IMG/VR virus record: IMGVR_UViG_3300006046_000019
Location: 1 to 25,125 of that record
Reading direction: 5' to 3' (one strand)
Source: a virus
Lineage: Duplodnaviria; Caudoviricetes
DNA length: 25,125 bases
Every line of letters starts with the position of its first letter. Positions within the stretch are counted from its first letter, which is position 1. The notes under the pieces were generated by a model that saw only the letters and a program-made list of their open reading frames with translations, made no database searches and was not told the origin of the DNA. Made by a program: the position numbers and the translations under genes. Shown here piece after piece: positions 24,796 to 25,125 of the stretch.

Positions 24796-25125
24796 ATGGG
24801 TGGCGCAGCCAAGAATATAGGCCGGATTGGAAGCGGGGTTCTTACTTTGGGTGGATCAGAGCTTGCTAGAAAAGCTTTAGGAGTACGAAATCCTATAAGT
24901 CAGGGATTGCAGCTTCCTGGGACGATTCTTACAGGTGGGGCAGCAGGGCCTTCGAATATGCCAAGTGTTTTTGGCTATCAAGGTCAGCAAAATCCATATA
25001 TCTCTGGTCCTTTCAATTTAGATCCCAATCAAGTGGCGGCTGACCAACAGGCTATTACAGGATTGGGAAATAAACAATACGGCGATACAAGTCAATTTAT
25101 CGAAGGCGACATGGCATCGCGGCAA
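24796..25125 (+). CDS. Putative DNA ejection/pilot protein (partial, runs off window end)
   Basis: GAGGTG SD. Open frame MGGAAKNIGRIGSGVLTLGGSELARKALG..., Gly/Gln-rich, in the position of P22 gp7. Confidence 0.55.
   Translation, partial: MGGAAKNIGRIGSGVLTLGGSELARKALGVRNPISQGLQLPGTILTGGAAGPSNMPSVFGYQGQQNPYISGPFNLDPNQVAADQQAITGLGNKQYGDTSQFIEGDMASRQ

Noticed and set aside
7735-25125. Numerous minus-strand and nested ORFs in the track
   Set aside because: They are shadows of well-supported + strand structural genes, with no RBS or motif support.
1-25125. tRNA, rRNA, integrase/att, lysis or reverse transcriptase/DGR elements
   Set aside because: None recognisable by eye in this window.

Overview
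This is a 25 kb segment of a tailed dsDNA phage or prophage with a podovirus-like (P22/T7-type short-tail) gene order. Positions 1-1807 are a leftward early operon of small genes (HNH-AP2 endonuclease, lipoprotein), with four consecutive genes joined by a repeated 'EVA-stop-ATG' junction. Positions ~1810-3140 are a divergent control region with two promoters, structured-RNA candidates and a compositionally odd AT-rich tract. Positions 3146-7570 are a dense rightward array of micro-ORFs, many Cys-rich or transmembrane. From 7735 to the end is the morphogenesis operon: TerS-like, TerL, portal, scaffold, major capsid, decoration proteins, adaptor, nozzle, fibre, GNAT-like and ejection proteins. 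There are three standout observations. (1) The major capsid gene is split by a compact 189-nt, ORF-less group I intron (13967-14155) whose P1-P9 helices and splice sites can be read directly from the sequence. (2) A three-gene glycosyltransferase/methyltransferase cassette sits between the head and tail genes, suggesting virion glycosylation. (3) Three intergenic RNA elements have crossed, pseudoknot- or switch-type pairings. All protein family calls come from motif recognition and gene order, not database searches.
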